From positions 111,225-175,224 of the forward strand of contig JAUIKS010000008.1 in NCBI GenBank assembly GCA_030430565.1: DNA of 64,000 nucleotides. Reading direction: 5' to 3'. Below the pieces are notes generated by a model. It saw only the letters and a program-made list of their open reading frames with translations. It was not told the DNA's origin and ran no database searches. Of this stretch, positions 1-9,814 are shown in pieces. The position numbers and the translations under genes were made by a program. Numbering within the stretch: position 1 is the first letter of the stretch; each line of letters begins with the position of its first letter. Source of the DNA: Polyangia bacterium (GTDB lineage Bacteria; Myxococcota_A; Polyangia; Nannocystales; Nannocystaceae).

Positions 1-326
1 ACAAGACCGGCTACTGGTGGCAGGGCACGGACTCGCGCTCCGACGCCGCCAGCTTCCGCTTCACGCTCGACGAGCCGGCGACCCTCAAGGTCGAGGGCTG
101 GTGGACCGCCGGCACGAACCGCTCCGACGCCGCGCCGTTCATCATGTACAACGCGCAGGGCGACAAGCTCGGGACCAAGCACGCCAACCAGCAGGTCAAC
201 GGTAAGCAGTGGGTCGAGCTCGGCACCTACGACTTCACGGCCGGCGAGAACCGGATCGACCTCTCGATCTGGGCCGCCAAGGGCAAGGTCGTGATCGCCG
301 ACGCGGTCCGCGTAAGCACGCCGTGA
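1..326 (+). CDS. 3'-partial CDS: C-terminal domain of a secreted protein (possible carbohydrate-binding / golvesin-C-like beta-sandwich)
   Basis: Open frame from window edge (first full codon at 3) to TGA 324-326. Translation ...KTGYWWQGTDSRSDAASFRFTLDEPATLKVEGWW...KGKVVIADAVRVSTP with GC3-rich codon usage. Domain identity is inference only. Confidence 0.5.
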   Translation, partial: KTGYWWQGTDSRSDAASFRFTLDEPATLKVEGWWTAGTNRSDAAPFIMYNAQGDKLGTKHANQQVNGKQWVELGTYDFTAGENRIDLSIWAAKGKVVIADAVRVSTP

Positions 327-1522
327 GCCGACGGTCGCGCATTTTCACCCTACGAGACGGCGCGTCGGTGTTCACCGGCGCGCTGCTCGTGCTCGTGGGC
401 TGCTCGCAGGGCGGCGACGCGCCGCCGGTGTCCGCCAAGCCAGCGAGTCCACACACCGCGCAGACGCCCTCCCCCGAGGTTGAGAAGCCGGCGCCGTCGA
501 AGCCCCCCTGCGGCGCGCTCGCCTTCGTCTCGGAGCGCGACGGCAACCCCGAGGTCTACACCCTCTCGCTCGCCGACGGGGCGCTGACGCGGCGCACGAG
601 CGACCCCGCGGGGGACTTCGCTACGCCGATCGTCGAGGCGGCGGAGGGGCAGCCCCCGGCGCTCCTGATGATCCGCGCGGAGCAGCTCGAGGGGGCCCAC
701 CGCGAGCGCCTCGCGCTGCTGTCCCTGCAAGCAGGTCCCCAGACCCCGCGCTTTCTCAGCGCGGCCGGGCGCGTCCGCAACCCGAGCGCGCCCGCGCGCG
801 GCGGTTGGGTCGTGTACGAGAGCGACCTCAACAGCTTCCGCGATCTCTACCGCCTCGACCTGCGCGACGCCGCCGCGACGCCTACGCGGCTGACGGACAA
901 CAAGCAGGGCAACTTCGAGCCCGCCGTCTCGCCCGACGGGCAGCGCGTCGCCTTCGTCTCGAGCCGCGACGGCGACGCGGAGCTCTACGTGATGAACGCG
1001 GACGGCTCCGAGCAGCGACGGCTGACCGAGCACCGCGGCGACGACTCAGCGCCGCAGTGGGCCCCCGACGGCGGCGCGCTGGCCTTCACGCGCGTCGAGG
1101 GTGGCAGCGAGCGCGCGTTCATCCTGCCGATGCAGGGCGCCCAAGCGAGCGGCCCGCCCAGGCCGCTTCGGCGGGTCGCCCCCAGCGAGCGCGGCGACGA
1201 TCGGGATCTCGCGTGGTCCCCCGACGGCACGAAGCTCGCGCTGACCGAGACGAAGCCCGGACGCGGCGAGGTCGTGGTCTTCGACGTCGTGACCGGCGAG
1301 GAGCTGCGCCGCTCGGGCGCGAGCAAGATCGATGAGCAGCCCGCCTGGGCGCCGCGCGGTCCGTGGCTCGTGTTCGTCTCGGATCGCGACGGTGACGCCG
1401 AGCTCTACCGCCTGCACGTCGAGACAGGCGAAACCGCGCGCCTGACCACATCACCAGGCCCGGACTGGCTCCCGCGCTGGTATTCCAACGCCTGCGACCC
1501 GTCGCGCACGGTGACCGGATAA
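323..1522 (+). CDS. TolB-like / PD40 beta-propeller repeat lipoprotein
   Basis: GTG 323 overlaps upstream stop (GTGA). N-terminus VSRRSRIFTLRDGASVFTGALLVLVGCSQ is a lipoprotein-type signal. Repeated PD40-like motifs (GNPEVYTLS, DGQRVAFVSSRDGDAELYVMNADGSEQRRLTEH, SPDGTKLALTE, LVFVSDRDGDAELYRLHVETGETARLTTSPG). Confidence 0.8.
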   Translation: MSRRSRIFTLRDGASVFTGALLVLVGCSQGGDAPPVSAKPASPHTAQTPSPEVEKPAPSKPPCGALAFVSERDGNPEVYTLSLADGALTRRTSDPAGDFATPIVEAAEGQPPALLMIRAEQLEGAHRERLALLSLQAGPQTPRFLSAAGRVRNPSAPARGGWVVYESDLNSFRDLYRLDLRDAAATPTRLTDNKQGNFEPAVSPDGQRVAFVSSRDGDAELYVMNADGSEQRRLTEHRGDDSAPQWAPDGGALAFTRVEGGSERAFILPMQGAQASGPPRPLRRVAPSERGDDRDLAWSPDGTKLALTETKPGRGEVVVFDVVTGEELRRSGASKIDEQPAWAPRGPWLVFVSDRDGDAELYRLHVETGETARLTTSPGPDWLPRWYSNACDPSRTVTG

Positions 1523-1628
1523 CCGGCGTTCGCCGACGCGCCCAGATTGTCCTGCGCGCCGCGGGCATCCGCGGGATACTGGCGCCAGCTCGCGCCCACA
1601 ACGAGCGGCGCGCGACGGAGGACGACGA

Positions 1629-2543
1629 ATGCGACGGTCTCGCTGGATACTTCAGACTCGAGCGGGCGCCGCGATCACCGTGGCCGCGCTCGGCGCCCTC
1701 ACGCTGTGCGCCTGCGGCACCCCGGCCGAACGCGACGGACAGGGGCGCGGCTTCGATCGCGCGTCGATGGTCGGCGGCGGCGGCTCCTCCTCCTCGGGCG
1801 CCAAGGGCACGGTCGCGGCCGAGCCGATCTCGTGGCTGGTCTCGTTCAACCGTCTGCACACGGCCGACGCGCTCGAGAAGGCGTTAAACAAGAAGCCCGG
1901 GCAATTCAGCTCGATCGACCAGGACCGAGACGGCGTCGTCGACCCGCTCGTGGTCCGCAAGCTCTCACACGACGACGGCCCGGCGTTTGAGTTGACGGCG
2001 CGCGCGGGCAACGGCAAGCAGCGCGTGGTCTCGACGCTGCTCTTCGACGACTCGTGGAGCTTCATGGGCAGCTACAACGGCGCGATGCCGGGCGCCCCCC
2101 CCCTGCCCGCGGCTCCGGCTCCGGCTCCGGCCCCCACCCCGGCCCCCGCGATCGCGGCCGCGCCCCCGGCCGCCCCGGCACCCGCGGGCGCGGGCGTCGG
2201 GACGCCGGCGCTCGCCGACACCAAGGATCACTCGAAAGACATCGCCATGGAGCCGATCTCGTGGCTGGTGCGCTTCAACAAGCTGCACACCGCGAAGTCG
2301 ATCGAGGAGGCGATCAACGGGACGCCGGGGCAGTTCAGCAAGGTCGACACGGACACCGACGGCGCGCCGGACTACATCTCGGTCGCCGAGAGGTCGCACA
2401 CGAAGGGCCGCGCGTTCGAGCTGCGCGCGAAGCCAGCCGCGAAGGCGAGCGCGAGCGCCAACGGCGTCGTCGTCGCGACGATGCTGTTCGACAACAGCTG
2501 GTCGCTGGTCGGCTGGTACAACGGCGTCGCGCCCTCGGGCTAG
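1629..2543 (+). CDS. Lipoprotein with two tandem copies of a ~90-aa domain separated by a Pro/Ala-rich linker (function unknown)
   Basis: ATG 1629 preceded by GGAGGA. Signal AALGALTLCACG. Domain copy 1 begins EPISWLVSFNRLHTADALEKALNKKPGQFSSIDQDRDG (from 1821) and copy 2 EPISWLVRFNKLHTAKSIEEAINGTPGQFSKVDTDTDG (from 2250); both end with MLFD(D/N)SWS..YNG. Linker APAPAPAPTPAP encoded by (gctccg)n. Confidence 0.7.
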   Translation: MRRSRWILQTRAGAAITVAALGALTLCACGTPAERDGQGRGFDRASMVGGGGSSSSGAKGTVAAEPISWLVSFNRLHTADALEKALNKKPGQFSSIDQDRDGVVDPLVVRKLSHDDGPAFELTARAGNGKQRVVSTLLFDDSWSFMGSYNGAMPGAPPLPAAPAPAPAPTPAPAIAAAPPAAPAPAGAGVGTPALADTKDHSKDIAMEPISWLVRFNKLHTAKSIEEAINGTPGQFSKVDTDTDGAPDYISVAERSHTKGRAFELRAKPAAKASASANGVVVATMLFDNSWSLVGWYNGVAPSG

Positions 2544-2747
2544 ACAAGCGACCACAACCTGCCCCTTGGGGCATCTACGCTATTTGGCGCAGGGTCGCTG
2601 CTTATCGCCAAGGGACCCTCCGGCTTCCGGGCGGCGAGCGTCTGACCCATCAAAGCGGACGAGCGCCCCCACGCTCGCCCTCAGCCGGCCGCGCCCTGGC
2701 TCGCGCGCGACCCTTGAGCTTCGATGATCCGTGCGCTCCTTCAGGCC

Positions 2748-2789
2748 GAGCGTCCGTATGACCAGCTCGCGCGCGACCTACAACTTCGC
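2748..2789. repeat. 42-bp direct repeat, copy 1 (gagcgtccgtatgaccagctcgcgcgcgacctacaacttcgc)
   Basis: Exact 42-nt identity with 2836-2877, period 88 bp (not a multiple of 3). Lies in the convergent intergenic region between the genes ending at 2543 (+) and 2886 (-). Confidence 0.8.
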
Positions 2790-2835
2790 TAAGCGTCATG
2801 GCTTCGTGAACCCCACGCCGAGCGCTCGCCACGGC

Positions 2836-2877
2836 GAGCGTCCGTATGACCAGCTCGCGCGCGACCTACAACTTCGC
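2836..2877. repeat. 42-bp direct repeat, copy 2
   Basis: Exact copy of 2748-2789; ends 9 nt before the stop of the minus-strand rhomboid gene. Confidence 0.8.
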
Positions 2878-2885
2878 GGCTCGAG

Positions 2886-4139
2886 CTACGGCGAGCTCGA
2901 CTTCGATCGACGCTCGCGCTCGCGGCGATCCTGGGCGCGCGCGCGCCGTACGAGCTCGGGCGGCTTGTTGAGGAAGAAGGCGGCCGAGGGGACGCGGACC
3001 TGCTCGGCGACGCGACGCTGCCGCCAGCGGACGACGACCGGGGTCAACGCGGCGCCGAACATGAAGCCGCCGATGTGCGCGTACCAGGCGAAGTTGGCCT
3101 CGCTCGAGATCACCGCCATCACCAGCTGGCAGCCGATCCAGACGCCGACGTAGACCCACGCGGGGATCTTGATCTGGATGAAGATGAACGGGACGGTCTG
3201 CAGCAGGCGCGCGCGCGGGAACAGCCACAGGTAGGCCGCGATCACGCCGGCGATCGCCCCCGAGGCGCCGATCACCGGCGCGCCGCCCTGGCGCGCGAGC
3301 AACACCTGAAGGAGCGCGCCGGAGAGCGCGGCGCCGAGCAGCAGCGCGACGAAGCGCAGACGGCCGAACAGGTGCTCGACGTTGTCGCCGAAGACGTACA
3401 GGAAGTAGAGGTTGACGAGCAGGTGGGCGACGTCGGCGTGGAACCAGACGTGCGTGAGCGCGGTGTAGAGGAGCCGGGGGTCGGCGCGCGCGGCCGCGCC
3501 GAGCAGCGCCCAGTCGCGCGCGTAGAGCACCCCGAACACCGAGAGCTGGTAGAGCACGAGCAGCGCGCCGCCGAAGAGGTACACGACCCAGGGGGTCCCG
3601 CGCGCCGGGTTCTCGACCTCGACGGGGAGCTGCGTGAGGATCTGCGCCGCCCAGATGAAGCCGCGCTTGGCGATCTTCATGCTGCGGTCCTCCTGCCCCT
3701 CGCGCGTCGACGAGGTCGCCAGCGCGTGGCGCTCGTCGCCGTCGAGCCACAGCCCGCGACAGCGCGGGCAGCGATCGATCGGCGTGCGGATCAACCCCGG
3801 CAGCGCGTGCTCGTTCATAAAGCCATGTCCCCTGGGACACATTCGGTGCGCGGAGCGACCGAGCAGGGTCTTGAGCAGCGCGGGGTCGACCTCGGCGTCG
3901 CCGAGCGTGTCGAGCTCGCCCTGGTCGAACCAGATCCCGAAGCACACCGGGCAGGCGTCGAGCTCGAGCGCGTCGTCCGGCAAGGCGTCGGGGTCCTTGA
4001 GCTGACGCCAGCGCCCGCGCTCGTCGCGGTGCAGGTAGACGGGCACGAGCTCGTGCAGGCTGCACGCGGGGCACTGGGCCGAGAGCCGTCGCGCCTCGCC
4101 GGCCGTCCGCTGCCGCTGCTGCTCGCTCGCTTCGCCCAT
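2886..4139 (-). CDS. Rhomboid-family intramembrane serine protease with N-terminal zinc-ribbon domain
   Basis: C-terminal rhomboid core with GASGAIAG (catalytic Ser) and AHIGGFMFG (catalytic His), and multiple TM helices. N-terminal CPAC...(~40 aa)...CPVCFGIWFDQGELD is a zinc-ribbon (TFIIB-type) motif. Start taken at ATG 4139 (MGEASEQ); alternative upstream ATG 4265. Confidence 0.8.
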   Translation of the reverse strand: MGEASEQQRQRTAGEARRLSAQCPACSLHELVPVYLHRDERGRWRQLKDPDALPDDALELDACPVCFGIWFDQGELDTLGDAEVDPALLKTLLGRSAHRMCPRGHGFMNEHALPGLIRTPIDRCPRCRGLWLDGDERHALATSSTREGQEDRSMKIAKRGFIWAAQILTQLPVEVENPARGTPWVVYLFGGALLVLYQLSVFGVLYARDWALLGAAARADPRLLYTALTHVWFHADVAHLLVNLYFLYVFGDNVEHLFGRLRFVALLLGAALSGALLQVLLARQGGAPVIGASGAIAGVIAAYLWLFPRARLLQTVPFIFIQIKIPAWVYVGVWIGCQLVMAVISSEANFAWYAHIGGFMFGAALTPVVVRWRQRRVAEQVRVPSAAFFLNKPPELVRRARAQDRRERERRSKSSSP

Positions 4140-4337
4140 GCTCCCTGAGCGAGCGTCGTCGATTCTCGAAGCGGTTGGCAAACGCCGGCGGCCCCGCCCC
4201 GGCGGCGCCAAAACTCCCGGGGGATCGAGACTGCTGACGCGCGCGCTTTCAGCCCGCGCGGGCAAGAACGAAACAATTCACGGAGCCCCCGCGTGCTATA
4301 GTGGCCACCCCTCCATGCCCTTGCGAGGTCTCACGCA

Positions 4338-6077
<1,740 letters not shown>

Positions 6078-6186
6078 CGGTCTCGACCGGCGGCGGCGGC
6101 GTGTCGTCCACCTCGTCGCGGCGCTGCGGCTGCGCCGAGCGGCTGAAGGTGTTCTCGCGGCCAGCTGAGCGCGGGGCGACGCTCGC

Positions 6187-7392
6187 TCAGCTCCGCGAGC
6201 CCGGGCGGGTGACGCCCAGCTCTACGTCCATCCCCAGCGCGAACGGGCTCCCCCCCGCGCTCATGCGGAGCTCGGTCTTTTGGGTCATCTTCAGCGAGCG
6301 CGGGAACATCTCGTCGAGGCGCACGCGCACGCGCCCCTCGCCCGTGGCCGCGAGCGACTCGAGGCGCACGCCCGCGCCGCGCGTCGCCTGCGGCCCGGCC
6401 GTCTGCGTGATCTCGAAGCGGAGCGTCAGCTCGTCGCCCTCGCGCGCCTCCAGGGTGTAGCGCTTGGTCTGATCGATGGAGGTCCCGTCGGGGCGCCTGA
6501 CCGTCGTCGCCACCGACCAGCGCGCCCCGACGCCGACCGGCTCCTCCGGCAGCGGGACCGTCAGCTGCGGGAAGGCCTCGCGCAGCCCGTCGAGCACGCC
6601 CTTGAGCTCGCGCGAGCGCTCGAGCGCGGCGGGGACGTCGAAGTCGCCCTCGCGCACCACCCCGCGCTCGTCGAACAGCAGGTAGCCGCGCACGTCGGCG
6701 AGCAGCGGGAAGCTGGCGCGCAGCGACCTGGCGACGGCGACGATCTGACCTGGCTCTTCGAGCACCATCCAGTCGACGAAGCCGAGCTCGCCGTGGCGCT
6801 CGCCCGCGCCGGTCTCGTCGCCCAGCACGAGCTCGGTGGTCAAGCGCGCGACGGGGAGCTTGAGCGTCGGGCCGTCGCTCGCGCCCGCGCCCGCGTGAAG
6901 CGCCACGCGCAGCTCGAACACCAGGGTCTGCGGCGTCCCCTCCGGCGCGCGAAAGCGCAGGTTGTCGAAGCCGCTGGCGCCGGCGCTGCCCCGCTCGATC
7001 AGCGTGATCTCGGGCTGGGGCGGGCGGTCGTCCTCGCGGTCACCCTCGGGCGCCTCTCCGCCCTCCCCCGCGCCGACGCCCTCGCGCGAGTCGCCGTCCT
7101 CGTCGCCCTCGTCATCGCCCGCGGGGCCCATCGCGACCTGCCGCGCCAGCGCGGCCGCACCCCGCCGCGCCCGCGCGCGCGCCCGTGTACGCGCGCCCTC
7201 GTCGTCGGCGCCGCGCGCCCCGTCGCGCGACGCCGCGGTCGACCCGCCGCCGCCGCCCGCGACGCCGGTGACCGAGGAGCGCGCGTCGGACTCCGGTCGA
7301 CCACCCGCCGACGCGCGCAGCCAGAGCAGCGCCGCGATCACCAGCAGCGAGCTGAGGACGACGATCGAGGCGAGCGCGCGGCGGGGCGACAT
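6187..7392 (-). CDS. Hypothetical membrane-anchored protein with acidic Gly/Asp/Glu-rich spacer
   Basis: N-terminal hydrophobic anchor ALASIVVLSSLLVIAALLWL. The C-terminal half has protein-like composition (LTLRFEITQTAGPQATRGAGVRLESL...). The antisense plus-strand ORF 6280-7401 is Arg/Ala-rich junk. Confidence 0.55.
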   Translation of the reverse strand: MSPRRALASIVVLSSLLVIAALLWLRASAGGRPESDARSSVTGVAGGGGGSTAASRDGARGADDEGARTRARARARRGAAALARQVAMGPAGDDEGDEDGDSREGVGAGEGGEAPEGDREDDRPPQPEITLIERGSAGASGFDNLRFRAPEGTPQTLVFELRVALHAGAGASDGPTLKLPVARLTTELVLGDETGAGERHGELGFVDWMVLEEPGQIVAVARSLRASFPLLADVRGYLLFDERGVVREGDFDVPAALERSRELKGVLDGLREAFPQLTVPLPEEPVGVGARWSVATTVRRPDGTSIDQTKRYTLEAREGDELTLRFEITQTAGPQATRGAGVRLESLAATGEGRVRVRLDEMFPRSLKMTQKTELRMSAGGSPFALGMDVELGVTRPGSRS

Positions 7393-7440
7393 GAACCTTG
7401 ATGCTACACCCAGTCGCGCGCCCGAGATATCCGCGGGGCG

Positions 7441-9705
7441 TCAGGTGCCGTCCACGCGCACCACCGTCGCCTCGCCGAGACCCTCCGTCAGCGCGTGCTC
7501 GATGCGCGTGGCCAAGCCGGTGTAGCGCCGGGCCGCGTCGCCGCGGCGCACGGCCTGCGAGATCGCCCGCGGGTCCCCCACGACCACGCAGAGCCGACGC
7601 GCGCGGGTGATCGCGGTGTACAGGAGGTTGCGCCGGAGCATCACGTGGTGCTCCCCGAGCAGCGGGACGATCACCGCCGGGAACTCGCTGCCCTGGCTCT
7701 TGTGGATCGAGATCGCGTAGGCGAGCTGCAGCGACGAGAGCTGCTTGTGATCGTAGGACAGCGGGACCCCGTCGACCTCGACAACGAGCGTGCGCTGCTC
7801 GGGGTCGACGTGCGAGACGACGCCGATGTCCCCGTTGAACACGCCGCGCTCGTGGTCGTTGCGGATCTGCATGACCCGATCGCCGACGCGAAAGCGCCGC
7901 GGCGGCTTGCGCCCGATGCCCGGCAGCTCGAGCTCGACCGCCCCCTCGGTGTGGTGGGCCTGCAGCGCCTGGTTGAAGGCGACGGTGCCGGCGCGGCCCT
8001 TGTGCATGGGGCAGAGGATCTGCACGTCGCTGCGGGCGTCGAGGCCGTAGGCCTCGGGCGCGCGCTCGACCGCGATCTTCATGACGAGCTCGTGCACGCG
8101 CTGGGGGTCGCGGGCGTTGATGACGAAGAACTCCCCCTCGGCGTCGCTGTCGGGGTCCGGCCGCTCGCCGCGGAGCACCCGGTGGGCGTTGCGGACGATC
8201 GACGAGCCCTCCGCCTGACGGAAGATCCGGTCGAGCCGGACCACGGGGATCGGCGAGCTCGGTCGCTCGGCCGCGGAGATCATGTCGCGCAAGACGTTGC
8301 CGGGGCCGACCGAGGGCAGCTGATCGATGTCGCCGACGATCAGCAGCCGGTGCTCGGGGGTCAGCGCCGAGAGCAGCGCCTCGGCGAGCGGGAGGTCGAG
8401 CATCGAGGCCTCGTCGATCACGACCAGGCCCTGCGGCAGCGGGTTGTTGGTGTGGTGCGCGAAGGCGCCGGTGTCGCCCTGGATCTCGAGCAGCCGGTGG
8501 ATCGTCGACGCGCGCTTACCGGTCGCTTCGGACAGCCGCTTCGCGGCCCGCCCGGTCGGCGCCGCGAGCAGCAGCTCGATCTCGTTGGCGACCGCGAGCT
8601 CGATGATCTGCCGCGTGACCGTGGTCTTCCCCGTGCCGGGACCGCCCGTCAAGATCGCCAACCCGGCCTCGGCGACCGCCTCGACCGCGCGCCGCTGACC
8701 GTCGCTCAGCGTCTCCGGCAGCGCGCCGACGGCCCAGGGCTTGTGCGGCGCGACGGCGAGCTGCGCGAGCGCCCGCGCGACCGACCGCTCGGCGTCGACG
8801 AAGCGCGCCGGGAACACCAAGAGCAGCGAGTCACCCCGCGCCTCCTGGATCAGCGCCTCCTCGGCGACCAGGCGCTCGACGCCCTCGCGAACCCGCGGAC
8901 CCGGCAGCTCGAGGATCTGCGCCGCGTTCATCACCAAGCGCTCGATCGGCAACGCGCAGTGCCCCTCCGACTCCGCGCGCTCGAGGGTGTAGAGCAGGCC
9001 GGCGTCGACGCGCTCGTCGGAGTCGAGCGAGACCCCGACCGCGCGCGCGACCCGGTCCGCGGTTAAAAACCCGATCCCGCGGATGTCTCGCGCCAGGCGG
9101 TACGGGTGCTCGCGGACCATCGTGATGGCCTCCTCGCCGTAGCGGCGAAAGATCCGACTGGCGTGATGAGCCGGGACCTCGAGCTCGATGAGCAGGTTCT
9201 CGACCGCAGCCTCGGGCCCGTGACGCGACTCGTGGTACTCGAGCACGCGCTCCAAGGTCTTCTCGCCGATCCCGCTGACCTCGAGCAGACGCCGCGGCTG
9301 GCGCTCCAGGATCGTGAGCGTGTCGGTGCCGAAGCGCTTGATGATCCGCTCCGCGCGATCGGGGCCGAGCCCGGGGTAGCGCTCGAGCCGGCGCTGGATC
9401 CCCTGGGTCGTCGTAGGCGCCTTGATCACCAAGCGGACGAAGCGAAACTGTCGCCCGTAGGTCGGGTGATCCGCCCACTCGCCCGCGGCTGAGACCTCCG
9501 CGTCCTCCTCGACCCCGCGGGTGCGGCCAACCCACGTCGCCACCTCCGAGACGCCCGGCGAGCGCACGCGCAGGATCGTGAAGCGCGAGTCGGCGAAGAA
9601 GCGCGCGCTGACGACGACGCCCTCGAGCTGCTCCTCGCCCTGCGCGCCGCGCTGCTCCGCGCGCCGAGACTGGCCGAAGCCGTGCATGAACCCCCCGCTC
9701 GCCAT
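7441..9705 (-). CDS. recD2: RecD2-type (RecD/TraA family) SF1 ATP-dependent DNA helicase
   Basis: Walker A GGPGTGKTT, LIVGDIDQLPSVGPG, HhH-like LLEVSGIGEKTLERVLEY, and C-terminal SH3-like/helicase motifs (KSQGSEFPAVIV, YTAITRAR). Start ATG 9705 chosen (alternatives 9687, 9765). Confidence 0.85.
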   Translation of the reverse strand: MASGGFMHGFGQSRRAEQRGAQGEEQLEGVVVSARFFADSRFTILRVRSPGVSEVATWVGRTRGVEEDAEVSAAGEWADHPTYGRQFRFVRLVIKAPTTTQGIQRRLERYPGLGPDRAERIIKRFGTDTLTILERQPRRLLEVSGIGEKTLERVLEYHESRHGPEAAVENLLIELEVPAHHASRIFRRYGEEAITMVREHPYRLARDIRGIGFLTADRVARAVGVSLDSDERVDAGLLYTLERAESEGHCALPIERLVMNAAQILELPGPRVREGVERLVAEEALIQEARGDSLLLVFPARFVDAERSVARALAQLAVAPHKPWAVGALPETLSDGQRRAVEAVAEAGLAILTGGPGTGKTTVTRQIIELAVANEIELLLAAPTGRAAKRLSEATGKRASTIHRLLEIQGDTGAFAHHTNNPLPQGLVVIDEASMLDLPLAEALLSALTPEHRLLIVGDIDQLPSVGPGNVLRDMISAAERPSSPIPVVRLDRIFRQAEGSSIVRNAHRVLRGERPDPDSDAEGEFFVINARDPQRVHELVMKIAVERAPEAYGLDARSDVQILCPMHKGRAGTVAFNQALQAHHTEGAVELELPGIGRKPPRRFRVGDRVMQIRNDHERGVFNGDIGVVSHVDPEQRTLVVEVDGVPLSYDHKQLSSLQLAYAISIHKSQGSEFPAVIVPLLGEHHVMLRRNLLYTAITRARRLCVVVGDPRAISQAVRRGDAARRYTGLATRIEHALTEGLGEATVVRVDGT

Positions 9706-9814
9706 GGACTGGCCTGGGTGACTGCTTACCACGACCGCGCCGCGCAGCCGCAGCGCGCAGCGCATGACGAATCGAACGCCTGGACCATGCGAGACCTTGG
9801 CGCCTGTTTCAGGC

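Noticed and set aside
2866-4074. 402-aa minus-strand ORF in an alternative frame of the rhomboid gene
   Set aside because: Arg/Ala-rich. The rhomboid frame has the catalytic GASG and H motifs and TM helices.
6280-7401. 373-aa plus-strand ORF
   Set aside because: Antisense to the membrane-anchored hypothetical gene. Arg/Ala/Leu-rich with no hydrophobic or motif structure.
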